Positions 1 through 10,920 of a stretch of 64,000 bases of DNA are shown here, piece by piece; the stretch's first letter is position 1, and the number at the start of each line of letters is the position of its first letter. A model generated the notes under the pieces. That model had not been told where the DNA came from. It worked only from the letters and a program-made list of their open reading frames with translations, and searched no databases. The stretch lies in the NCBI GenBank assembly GCA_965199715.1, contig OZ241322.1, forward strand, positions 928,001-992,000, read 5' to 3'. The stretch is from Vicinamibacteria bacterium. GTDB taxonomy: Bacteria > Acidobacteriota > Vicinamibacteria > Marinacidobacterales > Marinacidobacteraceae. The position numbers were made by a program, and so were the translations under genes.

Positions 1-251
1 TCCCGCAGCGCTTCCAGCTCCCGCAAGTCGGGATCGGCGGCGACGAGCGCCGGCTCGGGGACGACGGCCGAGCGCGCCGCGAACGCTCCCGCGATCAGGG
101 CCGACGCCGCCACCGCGAGCGTCCAGAAGCGGCGGCGGCGTTCGCGCCGCACCCGCGCCATCACCCGGTCGGCGAACCCCGGAGGCGGAGCCTCGTCGGT
201 TCGCTTCATGTCCCGCAGCGCCCCCTTGAGCGCGTCGTCGGCGAGTTTCAC
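1..251 (-). CDS. Putative membrane-anchored anti-sigma factor (partial, runs off window start)
   Basis: GTG overlaps the sigma factor stop (GTGA). Reads MKLADDALKGALRDMKRTDEAPPPGFADRVMARVRRERRRRFWTLAVAASALIAG, an APxxFxDRVM motif followed by a TM helix, typical of ECF anti-sigma factors. Confidence 0.65.
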   Translation of the reverse strand, partial: MKLADDALKGALRDMKRTDEAPPPGFADRVMARVRRERRRRFWTLAVAASALIAGAFAARSAVVPEPALVAADPDLRELEALR

Positions 252-880
252 GAGGCCGCCTCCTCGAAAGCGTGGGAGAGGAGGTTCCGAAGCCGCCGCA
301 GCCCCCGGTGGGCGCGGGTCTTCGCGGTGTTTTCCTTGATGTGGAGCGATCCGGCGATCTCGCGGTAGGACCAGCCCTCGACGTAGCGCAGGATCACCGC
401 CTCGCGGAAGTCCCCGGGGAGGAGCGCGAGCGCGTTCCGCAGCGCGCGCCGCAGCTCGGCTCGAAACGCCTCCGTCTCGGGCGCCGGCGCGGCGTCGTCC
501 CGGATGGTCTCGCGGAGAACCTCGCTCTCGACCGGGACGTGCGTACCCCGGCGCTTGCGGCGGCGAAGCTCGCTGCGGACGAGGTTCGAGGCGATGCGGA
601 ACAGCCACGACTCGAAGCGCCCGCTTTCACGGTACCGCCGCGCGGCGCGGAACGCCCGCACGAACGTCTCCTGCGCGAGATCGGCGGCGGTCTCCGGCTC
701 GCCCAGCTGGTTGCGGACGAAGCCGAAGACGCGGCGCTCGTACCGCTTCACCAGCGGCGCGAAGGCCTCCGCGTCTCCCGAGCGCACGCGCTCCATGAGC
801 TCGGCGTCGGTGCGTTCGCCGGCCGCGGCCTCGCCTTCCAGCCGGAAGGGCGCCACGGAAGCCAACTCGGGAACCATCAT
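248..880 (-). CDS. ECF RNA polymerase sigma-70 factor
   Basis: Region 2 AADLAQETFVRAF...FESWLFRIASN and region 4 LPGDFREAVILRYVEGWSYREIA...TAKTRAHRG. Start codon uncertain. Confidence 0.93.
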   Translation of the reverse strand: MMVPELASVAPFRLEGEAAAGERTDAELMERVRSGDAEAFAPLVKRYERRVFGFVRNQLGEPETAADLAQETFVRAFRAARRYRESGRFESWLFRIASNLVRSELRRRKRRGTHVPVESEVLRETIRDDAAPAPETEAFRAELRRALRNALALLPGDFREAVILRYVEGWSYREIAGSLHIKENTAKTRAHRGLRRLRNLLSHAFEEAAS

Positions 881-938
881 GGGACGTGCAGCGGAAAACG
901 CCGCGCGCGCCGGATGGTTCCCGGCGGCTCCGGGCAAA

Positions 939-1502
939 TCAGGATCCGAGCGTCGCCTCGTAGGCCATGCCGCCCCACGAGAACCGGATCACGCCGGCGC
1001 CCATCTCGATCTCGAAGACGTCGCCGCCCGAAGCGGACGACTCCCGAAGCGGGATGCGGGCCACCTCGTCGGACTCGATGGCGGCGTAGCCGTCGAGCCG
1101 CGGCCACATGGCCTCGCGCATCGCCTCCGGCGCCTCGGACCAGAGCTCGCCGAGCGCGATGCCCTGGTTCTTGTTCACGAGGAGCATCCACGACCCGCCG
1201 TCGGGGATCCGCAGATACAGGCTGTAGCGCCCCGTCGGGATCCTCATTCCGCCGATCATGAGGTCGGCCGAAGTCTCGAGGATGGTCACCTCGTTCTCGC
1301 CGGCCCGCCAGACGCGGTCCTCGGGAAGCATGGCGAAGAGGTCGTCGAGCGCCCGCCCGCCGAGATCGGGGCGCCCGTAGTCCACCATGACGGCGGCGGA
1401 GCCCACGGCGGCCTTGACCTCGCCCCGTGGCAGCGCGTCCTGCGCGGCGAGGCCGGCGGGGAGCGCGAGAAGGAGCGCGGTGAGAAGAATGCGTCGGAAC
1501 AT
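939..1502 (-). CDS. Secreted DUF2911-like protein
   Basis: Signal peptide and motifs VDYGRP, VWRAGENE, IGGMRIPTGRYSLY. Confidence 0.8.
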   Translation of the reverse strand: MFRRILLTALLLALPAGLAAQDALPRGEVKAAVGSAAVMVDYGRPDLGGRALDDLFAMLPEDRVWRAGENEVTILETSADLMIGGMRIPTGRYSLYLRIPDGGSWMLLVNKNQGIALGELWSEAPEAMREAMWPRLDGYAAIESDEVARIPLRESSASGGDVFEIEMGAGVIRFSWGGMAYEATLGS

Positions 1503-1521
1503 GTCGGTTCTCCAGTGAGGG

Positions 1522-2055
1522 TCAGGATCCGCCGTGCAGCATGGCGTACACCACGAGTCCGGTGATCGCGACGAAAATCCAGATCGGCGCGGCGACCCGC
1601 GCCCACCGCCGGTGGGCGGCGAAGCGGCGGCTCACGGCCAGCGCGGCCGCGGTCAGCACCAGCGGGAGCGCGAGCGCCGACGAGACGACGTGCGAGATGA
1701 GGACGGTGAAGTAGATGGGGCGCAGGACGCCGGTTCCCGCGTAGGGCGTGTCGCCCTGGAAGTAGTGGTAGGTGGCGTAGCTCAGAAGGAAGACGGCCTC
1801 GGCGACGAGCGCGCCGGACAGGAGGCCGATGTGGAGGTTCCGCCGCCCCGAGCGGATCGCGGCCACCCCGAGCGAGACCAGCACGAGCGTGGTGGCGTTC
1901 AGGCTCGCGTTGAACCCGGGCAGCGACGCGGTCCAGTCGGGGACGAGCGCCGGTTCGCCGCGCCCGTAGAGCATCCACATGAGGGCGGCGAACACGAACC
2001 CGCTCGCGACGAACGCGGTGCGCACGATCCGGCGATCCTCGGCGGCTACGGCCAT
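1522..2055 (-). CDS. DUF420 (YozB-like) membrane protein
   Basis: LPGFNASLN, YFTVLISH and HRRWARVAAPIWIFVAITGLVVY motifs, several TM helices. Confidence 0.85.
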   Translation of the reverse strand: MAVAAEDRRIVRTAFVASGFVFAALMWMLYGRGEPALVPDWTASLPGFNASLNATTLVLVSLGVAAIRSGRRNLHIGLLSGALVAEAVFLLSYATYHYFQGDTPYAGTGVLRPIYFTVLISHVVSSALALPLVLTAAALAVSRRFAAHRRWARVAAPIWIFVAITGLVVYAMLHGGS

Positions 2056-2110
2056 CGCCGGGAGCTTACGCCGTGGGGCGGGGGTCAGCCGATCCGGAAC
2101 GCCAAGGCGG

Positions 2111-2135
2111 AGTACGGAATTTGTTTATCCTTACT
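2111..2135. promoter_or_regulatory. Imperfect inverted repeat, probable TA autoregulatory operator
   Basis: AGTACGGA-N9-TCCTTACT (1 mismatch) in an AT-rich patch 23 nt upstream of the antitoxin start. Confidence 0.55.
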
Positions 2136-2158
2136 CTTGGAATACCAGGGAGGCGGCC

Positions 2159-2383
2159 ATGCTCGCGAAATTGACCTCGAAGAACCAGCTCACCCTGCCG
2201 AAGGCGATCGTCTCCACGGTTCCGGCGACACGCTATTTCGACGTGACCGCCGAGAACGGCCGGATCGTCCTGACTCCAGTCCGGATCGGCCGCGCCGACG
2301 CCGTACGCGAAACGCTCGCCGGACTCGGAATCTCGGAGACCGACGTCGCGGATGCGGTGGCGTGGGCGCGAAGACGCGAATGA
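2159..2383 (+). CDS. AbrB/MazE/SpoVT family antitoxin
   Basis: MLAKLTSKNQLTLPK...GRIVLTPV, GGAGG RBS, ATGA overlap with the PIN gene. Confidence 0.9.
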   Translation: MLAKLTSKNQLTLPKAIVSTVPATRYFDVTAENGRIVLTPVRIGRADAVRETLAGLGISETDVADAVAWARRRE

Positions 2384-2805
2384 CGCCGACCCGCGTCGTC
2401 CTCGACACGAACGTGGTCGTGTCGGCGCTCGTGTTTCGCGGTTCCCTCGCCTGGTACCGGCAAGCGTGGACGGAAGGGCCGTTGCGCCCGCTCGCGAGCC
2501 GGGCGACCGCCCTCGAGTTGATCCGGGCGCTGGCCTACCCGAAATTCCGTTTGAACGCAGCGGCGCGGCGCGAGTTGATCCACGACTGGTTCCCGTACTG
2601 CGAAGCCGTCCGCATCCCCATTCCGCCGCCAGCTACGCCGAAATGCCGCGACCCGGCCGACCAGTCGTTCCTCGAGCTGGCGATCGCCGGCAAGGCCGAT
2701 GCGCTCGTCAGCGGCGACGCCGACCTGCTCGCCCTCGGCGACGTCTTCTCCGTTCCCATCCGGTCCCCCGGCGCCTTTCGGGCTCGCATGGATCCACGGC
2801 GCTGA
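2380..2805 (+). CDS. PIN-domain (VapC-like) toxin
   Basis: RVVLDTNVVVSAL, CRDPADQSFLELA, ADALVSGDADLL acidic PIN motifs. Confidence 0.92.
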   Translation: MTPTRVVLDTNVVVSALVFRGSLAWYRQAWTEGPLRPLASRATALELIRALAYPKFRLNAAARRELIHDWFPYCEAVRIPIPPPATPKCRDPADQSFLELAIAGKADALVSGDADLLALGDVFSVPIRSPGAFRARMDPRR

Positions 2806-2994
2806 GCCTCGGACAGCCTCCCCGACCATGGTCCGCATCTCTCCGCGTCGAGGTGGGCGACTGTCCATCCAGCCGCCGGCTCGTCTTCCCGGCGCCTCCG
2901 CCATCACGCTCGTGCTGACGCTCATGCCGCCCTCCCGGAAGCATGGGGTCCGCCGCACGCAAGCGGCATGTCCGGGGACTCGGGGAGGTGCGCC

Positions 2995-3137
2995 ATGATC
3001 CTCAAGCAGCGAGTCGTCAAGGACGATCGTCACCGCGGCCGCGAGACCGAGCGGGAGCGCCGGGCGCGCATCCTCGACGAGGTCCTTGCGGACATCCGCA
3101 AGAACCACCCGGGCTTTCGCGTCGCCGACAGCGTCAG
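2995..3137 (+). pseudogene. Probable remnant of a ribbon-helix-helix type antitoxin C-terminus
   Basis: ETERERRARILDEVLADIRKNHPGFRVADSVSR resembles the ET.ER...F.A.D.LSR tails of PIN-associated antitoxins. It lacks the N-terminus and runs into the OPT gene 3' end. Confidence 0.35.
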
Positions 3138-5071
3138 CCGCGGGCGGCGCGCAGCGGCAGGCGAACGAGGAACCAGCCGAGGACGAGGAACACGAGGAAC
3201 CCCGGAACCCCCGACGGCGCGGCGACCGGACTCGGCAGCGCGAAGTCCCACACCGCGAACCCCGACAGCCCGACGCCCATCAGCGCCTCGCCGGCGATGA
3301 GGCCGGACGCGATCAGCGTGCCGGCGCTCTCGCCCGCCTGGCGGCGCCCGGCGGAAAGCCCGGCCATGCGGCGGTCGGCGATCCAGCGGATGAACCCGCC
3401 GGCGAAGATCGCGAACGTGGTCTGGAGCGGGAGGTACATGCCCACCGCGATGAGCATCGGCGAGGGCGCCTGGATCAGGATCAGGAACACGCACAGCGCG
3501 ATCCCGAAGGCGACGAGCGGCCAGCGCATGTCCCCGCCGACGATCCCCTGCGAGAGCAGCGCCATCAGTCCCGCCTGCGGGGCCGGAAGCTCGGCGCCGC
3601 CGACCCCGATCCCGCCCGCCGCGACGTCCCCCTCGTGGAGAAGGATCATCGGGAGCACGAGGAAGAACGACGCGAAGACCACGCCGATGATCTCGGCCCA
3701 CTCCATGCGGAACGGCGTCCCCCCGAGGAGCCGCCCCACCTTCAGATCCTGCAGCATGTCGCCGGCCACGGCGCAGGCGCAGCAGACGACCGCGGCCACG
3801 GCGAGCACCGCGGTCACCCCCTGCATGCCGGTCACGCCGAGGAAGGTCATCAGCAGCGCCGCGAGCAGCAGCGTCGAGATCGTGAGCCCCGAGACCGGGT
3901 TCGACGAGCTTCCGACGATTCCGACCAGATAGCCGGCCACCGCCGAGAAGAAGAAGCCGGCGACGATCATCACGATCGCCGACCCGAGCGCCCCGAGCGG
4001 CTGGCCGGTGTAGTGGTTGTAGAGCAGGAAGGTCGGAACGACCAGCGCGGCGATGCCGGCGGCGGTCCAACTGAACGGGACGTCGCGGTCGGACTCGTCC
4101 GACGCGGCGCCGGCGGTCGCGCCCTCGCGCGCCTCATGGAACGAGCGGCGGAGCCCCTCGCCGAGCGAGCGCCGCATCCGGAACAGGGTCCAGATCGCTC
4201 CGGCGATCATGGCCCCTACCGCGATCGGGCGCACGAGCTCGGCCCAGATGGCCCCCGAGGTCACGGACCAGTCGCCGCCCGCCGCCGCGACCCGCGCCGG
4301 ATCCGCGAACTCCGGGTTGAAGAACAGGATCGCCGGGATCATGAACCACCAGGCGAAGACCCCGCCGGAGAAGACGATCGCCCCCAGCCGGAACCCGATG
4401 ATGTACCCGACCCCGAGGTAGGCCGGCGAGGCCGCCGGCGTGGACCACGGGAGGAGGCCCGGCTGGCTCGCCGACCCGAAGCTCGCGCCGCCCACCGCGA
4501 GTCCGCCCTGGAACGAGCCGTAGGAGAGCGCCCCGGACATGCGCTCCGCGAACAGTTGGATTCCCTTGCCGTTCTTGAGCAGCTCGATGAGGGCGCCGAC
4601 CCCCATCATCTGGAAGAGGAGCCGGCCGCCGGAAGCCTCGCCGGCCCGGTGGATCTCGGCGGCGGCGACCGCCTCGGGGAACGGGAGCTCCGCGTCGTTG
4701 ACCATGCTCCGCCGCAGCACGACGACGAACAGGACGCCGAGCAGCCCGCCGACGAGCATCAGCAGCGTGCTCTCGAGGTAGTGGAACCCCTCCCACGCGC
4801 CGACCATGAGGAACGCCGGCAGCGTGAAGATCGCGCCGGCGGCGAGCGCCTCGCCCACCGAGGCGGTGGTGCGGGCGATGTTCTCCTCGAGCAGCCCGCC
4901 CCGGAACAGCCCGCGGATGACGACCATCGAGACGACCGCCGCCGGGAAGGTGGCGGCGACCGTCTGCCCGGCGCGGATGCCGAGGTAGGCGTTGGCCGCG
5001 CCGAGCACGACGGCCATGACCAGGCCGAGAAGGAGCGCGCGAAGCGTGAACTCGCGCCGGTTCGTCGCCAT
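3134..5071 (-). CDS. OPT-family oligopeptide transporter
   Basis: REFTLRALLLG, ANAYLGIRAG, LEENIARTTAS, AGDMLQDLKVG, LPAPQAGLM, ASGLIAGEALMG. GGAGG RBS before ATG 5071. Confidence 0.95.
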   Translation of the reverse strand: MATNRREFTLRALLLGLVMAVVLGAANAYLGIRAGQTVAATFPAAVVSMVVIRGLFRGGLLEENIARTTASVGEALAAGAIFTLPAFLMVGAWEGFHYLESTLLMLVGGLLGVLFVVVLRRSMVNDAELPFPEAVAAAEIHRAGEASGGRLLFQMMGVGALIELLKNGKGIQLFAERMSGALSYGSFQGGLAVGGASFGSASQPGLLPWSTPAASPAYLGVGYIIGFRLGAIVFSGGVFAWWFMIPAILFFNPEFADPARVAAAGGDWSVTSGAIWAELVRPIAVGAMIAGAIWTLFRMRRSLGEGLRRSFHEAREGATAGAASDESDRDVPFSWTAAGIAALVVPTFLLYNHYTGQPLGALGSAIVMIVAGFFFSAVAGYLVGIVGSSSNPVSGLTISTLLLAALLMTFLGVTGMQGVTAVLAVAAVVCCACAVAGDMLQDLKVGRLLGGTPFRMEWAEIIGVVFASFFLVLPMILLHEGDVAAGGIGVGGAELPAPQAGLMALLSQGIVGGDMRWPLVAFGIALCVFLILIQAPSPMLIAVGMYLPLQTTFAIFAGGFIRWIADRRMAGLSAGRRQAGESAGTLIASGLIAGEALMGVGLSGFAVWDFALPSPVAAPSGVPGFLVFLVLGWFLVRLPLRAARG

Positions 5072-5738
5072 GGGACCTCCTTGCCGGGGTCGGCGTTGCA
5101 TCACCGGGCCGGGCGGGATCGACTCCGGCGGAACGCGCCGTCGCAGCGCTTGCGCCGGTCTCGGCGGTTCAGCGCGACCGTGCGCGGCGCGCCGCCCGGC
5201 GTCCACGCAGCATCATGCGAATGCGTCCCCATTCTCGCAGTCGTGCGCGACGGGTGGGTCGGCGGCTCTCGACTCGGTCCGCCGTCGCGCTGGCCCGCCG
5301 AGCCTCGGCGATCCGTCAACGCATCCAGTATCGACGCATGGAGAGCGTCGCCGTGGACCTGCGCGAGCTCGGCGACGTGAGGACGGCGCGCGATCGCGCA
5401 GTCAGGACCGGGACGCCACTCGAAGGATGCACACGAGATCCGGAGGCCACGGGCTGTCCACGTGGACCCCGTCACCCCCGGTCTTGTCCTTGACCCCACT
5501 CGGGGTGCGGGCTGAGCTTGCCCCGCTTTCGCGGACAGTTCGCTATTTTCGGATCTGCGGCGAGCGCCTTCGCGCGGCGTCCGCCGGACTGCGTTCACGT
5601 TCGCTCCTCGAAGCTCCGTTCGTACTCCGCCGGGGCCTCGCACCCCAGCGCCGAGCGCCGCCTCCGGGTCCTCCAGCGGAACCGCGTCCCGCAGCTCGCA
5701 CTCCAACGTCGCGAGGAACGACTCCGCTTTCTCCACCG

Positions 5739-6578
5739 TCATGTGCTTGGGCACAGATTCCGCTGCTTGAGCAGCCATCGATGCTTGCTCGCGATGCTGC
5801 CGGGATCGCCGCTCGGATACACCTTCCCCCGCGGACGATTCACGAGCTTCTTGTCCAGGAAGTCCTTCTTGAGCTCCCCGTCGTCCGAATACAGCAGGCG
5901 GGCTCCGCTGAGGTCCGCCAGAGCAATGACGTGCGGATCGTCCGATCGCAACAGGTTCGATTCCGCGAACGCGTCCTCGCGGGCATCGACTTGCGCGGCG
6001 TCCTCCAACCTCAGCACGCCGCGCCGGAGCGCGACTTGGGCGTAGCTCCGCCAACCCTGCCCGCTCTTCGTCATCTCTCTCGCGTGCCGACCGCCGGAGA
6101 CCAAGCGGCCGCGACCGGAGCGGAGCCACTTCAGGAAGGCCATGCCCGCGGCGGTGGGATTTGGGCCAAAGACCTCAGGCACGGCGTTCACGTCAAGAAA
6201 TCGGAACTCGCACCAGACCTCGCCGCCATCGACCCTCACGCGTCGCGGCACGGCGCCGACCCCCTCCTTGCGGAACGTCACCTCGAAATTGGCGGGTCGC
6301 CCCTTGTACAAGCGACAAAAGCCAGCCGTGAACTCTCTCGCCCTTCCGCCTTTCCCGCCTCGGTAGTGCGCGATCTCGTCGAAGCTGCCGAGATCGTAGG
6401 GCGGTTTCTTGAAGTCCGGCTGATTGCGGTCAAGCGCCATGTCGCGCAAGGTGCGGACGAGAGCCAAGAACGACGTCTTCCCAGTGCTGTTCTCCCCGAC
6501 CAGCAGGGTGAGCGGAGCGAGAACCGCCGTCTGCCGGCCGCGGAAACAGCGGAAGTTCTCAACCGTCAGGCTGTTCAC
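5739..6578 (-). CDS. Fusion of an N-terminal ABC/AAA ATPase fragment to a PIN-like domain (possible deletion product)
   Basis: VENFRCFRG...LTLLVGENSTGKTS (Walker A), then LDVNAVPEVFG...SDDPHVIALA...LLYSDDGELKKDF (PIN-like). No ABC signature or Walker B. Confidence 0.65.
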   Translation of the reverse strand: MNSLTVENFRCFRGRQTAVLAPLTLLVGENSTGKTSFLALVRTLRDMALDRNQPDFKKPPYDLGSFDEIAHYRGGKGGRAREFTAGFCRLYKGRPANFEVTFRKEGVGAVPRRVRVDGGEVWCEFRFLDVNAVPEVFGPNPTAAGMAFLKWLRSGRGRLVSGGRHAREMTKSGQGWRSYAQVALRRGVLRLEDAAQVDAREDAFAESNLLRSDDPHVIALADLSGARLLYSDDGELKKDFLDKKLVNRPRGKVYPSGDPGSIASKHRWLLKQRNLCPST

Positions 6579-7050
6579 GGCCTCTCTCCTGAGCTTCCGG
6601 GGAAGTTGCGCCCTCATTCGCTCCCGCGCCGAAGCCAGAATTGGAGGGCGTCTCCTCCGCGTCGGAAGTGGTCGGTTTCGTCTGCTTGGAGGGGGCGCGG
6701 TTCTTCTTCTCGTCGTCAGGCGCCGGCGCCGCCGTCCGGGCGGCGAAGTAGAAGGCCGCGACGGCCCCGACGAGCGGCCCGAACGCGGTCAGAACCGTGT
6801 TCACGAGATCGGCCCGGTTCGCCAGCGCGAACGCCGGGATCAGGATGAGGAACAGCAGATAGACCCCCACGATCCACAGGGCCAGCATCGCCCGAACCGA
6901 TCCGCGGGGGAGGCCCAGGCCCCGAAGTTCCGTCTTGTCGAGCTCGTGCTTCCACGCCTTCTTCGGGAGGCGGTAGAGAACCGCCCATGAGATCCCGATG
7001 AATCCCACTGCGAGCGCGATCGCAAGGATCCACGAGGGCATTTCGGTCAT
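6559..7050 (-). CDS. Hypothetical 3-TM membrane protein
   Basis: Three hydrophobic segments, GLGLPRGSVRAMLAL motif and AFYF ending. TACGCT -10 box 7 nt before ATG. Confidence 0.75.
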   Translation of the reverse strand: MTEMPSWILAIALAVGFIGISWAVLYRLPKKAWKHELDKTELRGLGLPRGSVRAMLALWIVGVYLLFLILIPAFALANRADLVNTVLTAFGPLVGAVAAFYFAARTAAPAPDDEKKNRAPSKQTKPTTSDAEETPSNSGFGAGANEGATSPEAQERGREQPDG

Positions 7051-7240
7051 GGCGCATAGCGTAGCGGTGACGACCGTCGTTCACGGAGTTCGGGCCGCGT
7101 TCCGCCGCACGCCGCCGCGGATTCCGCCGGTCGGGGTCGGGCCGAGCGAGCGACGGGAGCCTTGCTTCCGGAGCGACCGCGGCTCCGACCTCGACGAGGC
7201 GGGGATGCGTTCGGCGCCCGTTGACCGGGCGAGCGCCCCG

Positions 7241-7545
7241 TTACGCCTCTTCTTCCGGCGGACGCGCCGCCGTTCGGCCAGCGAAACAACGCGCCACCAC
7301 GGCCCCGACGAGCGGACCGAACGCAGCCAGCGCCGTGTCCACGAGATTCGTGTCGCCCGCCGCCACCTCCCCTCCGGTCGTCCCCGCGTCCTGTTGGGCG
7401 GACTCCGAGGCCGTTTGGGCGGGCGGCGGCGCCGTTGGGACAGGCGCTGACGCCGGGATCAGGATGCGGAACAGGAGATAGACCCCCACGATCCACAGCG
7501 CGAGCATCGCCCGAACCGATCCGCGCGGGAGGCCCGGAGAATCCG
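7241..7545 (-). pseudogene. Degenerate tandem paralog of the 6559..7050 membrane protein
   Basis: GLPRGSVRAMLALWIVGVYLLFRILIP and LVDTALAAFGPLVGAV nearly match the neighbour. No first TM or clear start, and charged substitutions in the TM segments. Confidence 0.65.
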
Positions 7546-7980
7546 GACGCCGCGGCGGACGATTGGGAGGAACGCGCGCACTGCGCCCGAGAGTTGGCCA
7601 GCGCGTGCCGGTGGGTTCCCGGGAGGAGTCGAGGGCGAACCCGCTTCTCCGAGGCCGCGGCGCGCCCGAAGCGGGGGTTCGCGACGGCGGCCGCCAGGCC
7701 CTCGACAAACGGACAGCCCTCGGGCCGTTGCGGGCCTTCCCTCCGCTCCGGCCATCGAGGCCGCCGTCCGGCGCACCGAAGGGGGGTAGCCGCTCGGTCC
7801 TCGAGTCCGAATACCCGACGCCGTTCGCGAGAGCCGGGCAGACTCAACGAGGCGGCGCACCTCGCCCCGACCTCCAAACGGCCTCGCCGCGGTTCAGGAC
7901 GGATCCGCACAACTTCGCGGAAATCGCGCCCGCCGCCGACCCGCTGCGGCTGAGCACGTGCCAGGGCCGCCAACAGTTGC

Positions 7981-8017
7981 AAAAGCAGAACCCCGGGGCC
8001 GCGAGGCCCCGGGGTTC
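7981..8017 (-). terminator. Intrinsic terminator after the large lipoprotein gene
   Basis: Perfect 13-bp stem GAACCCCGGGGCC-GCGA-GGCCCCGGGGTTC (7988..8017) followed on the minus strand by TGCTTTT. Confidence 0.85.
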
Positions 8018-8058
8018 CGATCCGACGTGGCTGGGAATCAGATCATGGACCGACTAGG

Positions 8059-9948
<1,890 letters not shown>

Positions 9949-10115
9949 TTCGCCTACCTCCTGTAGGGCGTTAGCGGACTGCGCCGGGCGCGGTCTCTGG
10001 GAATGTCCGATCCGCTCTTGGGAGCGGCGCGGGAGGACGGGCAGGTCCGCTCCGCCTCTTCACGCCGCGAAGCATATGCGACGCGAAGAGAGCGGACAAG
10101 CCACGGTCGGAAAGA

Positions 10116-10162
10116 ATCATACGTAGTGGGTGAGTCAACCACAAAGACTTGACGGGGTCAAG
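10116..10162 (-). promoter_or_regulatory. Sigma70-like promoter and adjacent palindrome for the lipoprotein gene
   Basis: Minus strand TTGTGG-N17-TATGAT (10144..10116). Palindrome CTTGAC-GGG-GTCAAG at 10148..10162. Confidence 0.55.
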
Positions 10163-10258
10163 GAGCCGGAAACGCTCCGGCCATCCATGCGGCCCCTCGC
10201 AACGGGCGGGGGAAGCATATCCATGGGAACCCTCGCAAGCGAGGAGCCGCGGGAAGCG

Positions 10259-10332
10259 TCGGGGCGGCAGGATTTGAACCTGCGACCCCCTGATCCCGAA
10301 CCAGGTGCTCTACCAGGCTGAGCCACGCCCCG
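10259..10332 (-). tRNA. tRNA-Pro(CGG)
   Basis: CGGGGCGTGGCTCAGCCTGGTAGAGCACCTGGTTCGGGATCAGGGGGTCGCAGGTTCAAATCCTGCCGCCCCGA folds as a cloverleaf with anticodon CGG. CCA is not encoded. Confidence 0.97.
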
Positions 10333-10393
10333 TCGGCGCGGCGCGGATTCTAACCGGAACCGCGGGAGCGCCGCACTAGAATCCACGCCCCAT

Positions 10394-10467
10394 CGGGACG
10401 TGGCGCAGCCTGGTAGCGTGCTTGCTTGGGGTGCAAGAGGTCGTCGGTTCAAATCCGGCCGTCCCGA
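10394..10467 (+). tRNA. tRNA-Pro(GGG)
   Basis: CGGGACGTGGCGCAGCCTGGTAGCGTGCTTGCTTGGGGTGCAAGAGGTCGTCGGTTCAAATCCGGCCGTCCCGA, anticodon GGG. TAGAAT -10 box upstream. Confidence 0.97.
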
Positions 10468-10479
10468 CGCGGTTTCCCG

Positions 10480-10920
10480 TCAGTCGTCCCCGGCGGCGAT
10501 TCCGAGGCCGGCGATCTCGGCGTCGGTGCGGTCCATGAGCGCGAGCGCCTGGAGCGCGAGCCGGCGCGCCCGGCCGGATTCGTCCGCGGGCGCCGGGGCG
10601 GGCTTCCCTTCGGCCGGGGACGCGGCGGTCGGCTTCGGCTGGGGCGCCGGCTTCGCCGGCGCCCCAGCGCCGCGCTTGCCGAGCACCCGGCGGGCGCCCG
10701 CCGCGGTGTAGCCCTCCTCCATGAGGAGGCGCTGGATCTCGAGGACCATCTCGATGTCCTCGGCCCGGTAGGAGCGCTGGCCCGATTCGTTCTTCCTGGG
10801 CCGCAGCGTCGGGAACTCGCGCTCCCAGTAGCGCAGCGTGTACATCTGGACCCCGGTGATCTCGGCGACCTCGCCGATCCGGAAGAAGAGCTTGTTGGGG
10901 ATCGGGCGGCGGAGCGTCAT
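10480..10920 (-). CDS. MerR-family transcriptional regulator
   Basis: [35 protein letters not shown]...GQRSY...EEGYT. Confidence 0.92.
   Translation of the reverse strand: MTLRRPIPNKLFFRIGEVAEITGVQMYTLRYWEREFPTLRPRKNESGQRSYRAEDIEMVLEIQRLLMEEGYTAAGARRVLGKRGAGAPAKPAPQPKPTAASPAEGKPAPAPADESGRARRLALQALALMDRTDAEIAGLGIAAGDD

Noticed and set aside
891-899. GTTTTCCGC upstream of the ECF sigma gene as a third copy of the shared motif
   Set aside because: Only 9 of 16 bases match and the spacing to the start differs, which is too weak without a genome-wide scan.
5101-5742. ORF MTVEKAESFLATLECELRDAVPLEDP coupled to the PIN stop
   Set aside because: The overlap is suggestive, but the peptide has no recognisable family and turns into low-information sequence, so it is not called.
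7560-7960. Possible structured ncRNA in the intergenic gap
   Set aside because: Only short GC-rich hairpins expected by chance, with no recognisable RNA family motif.
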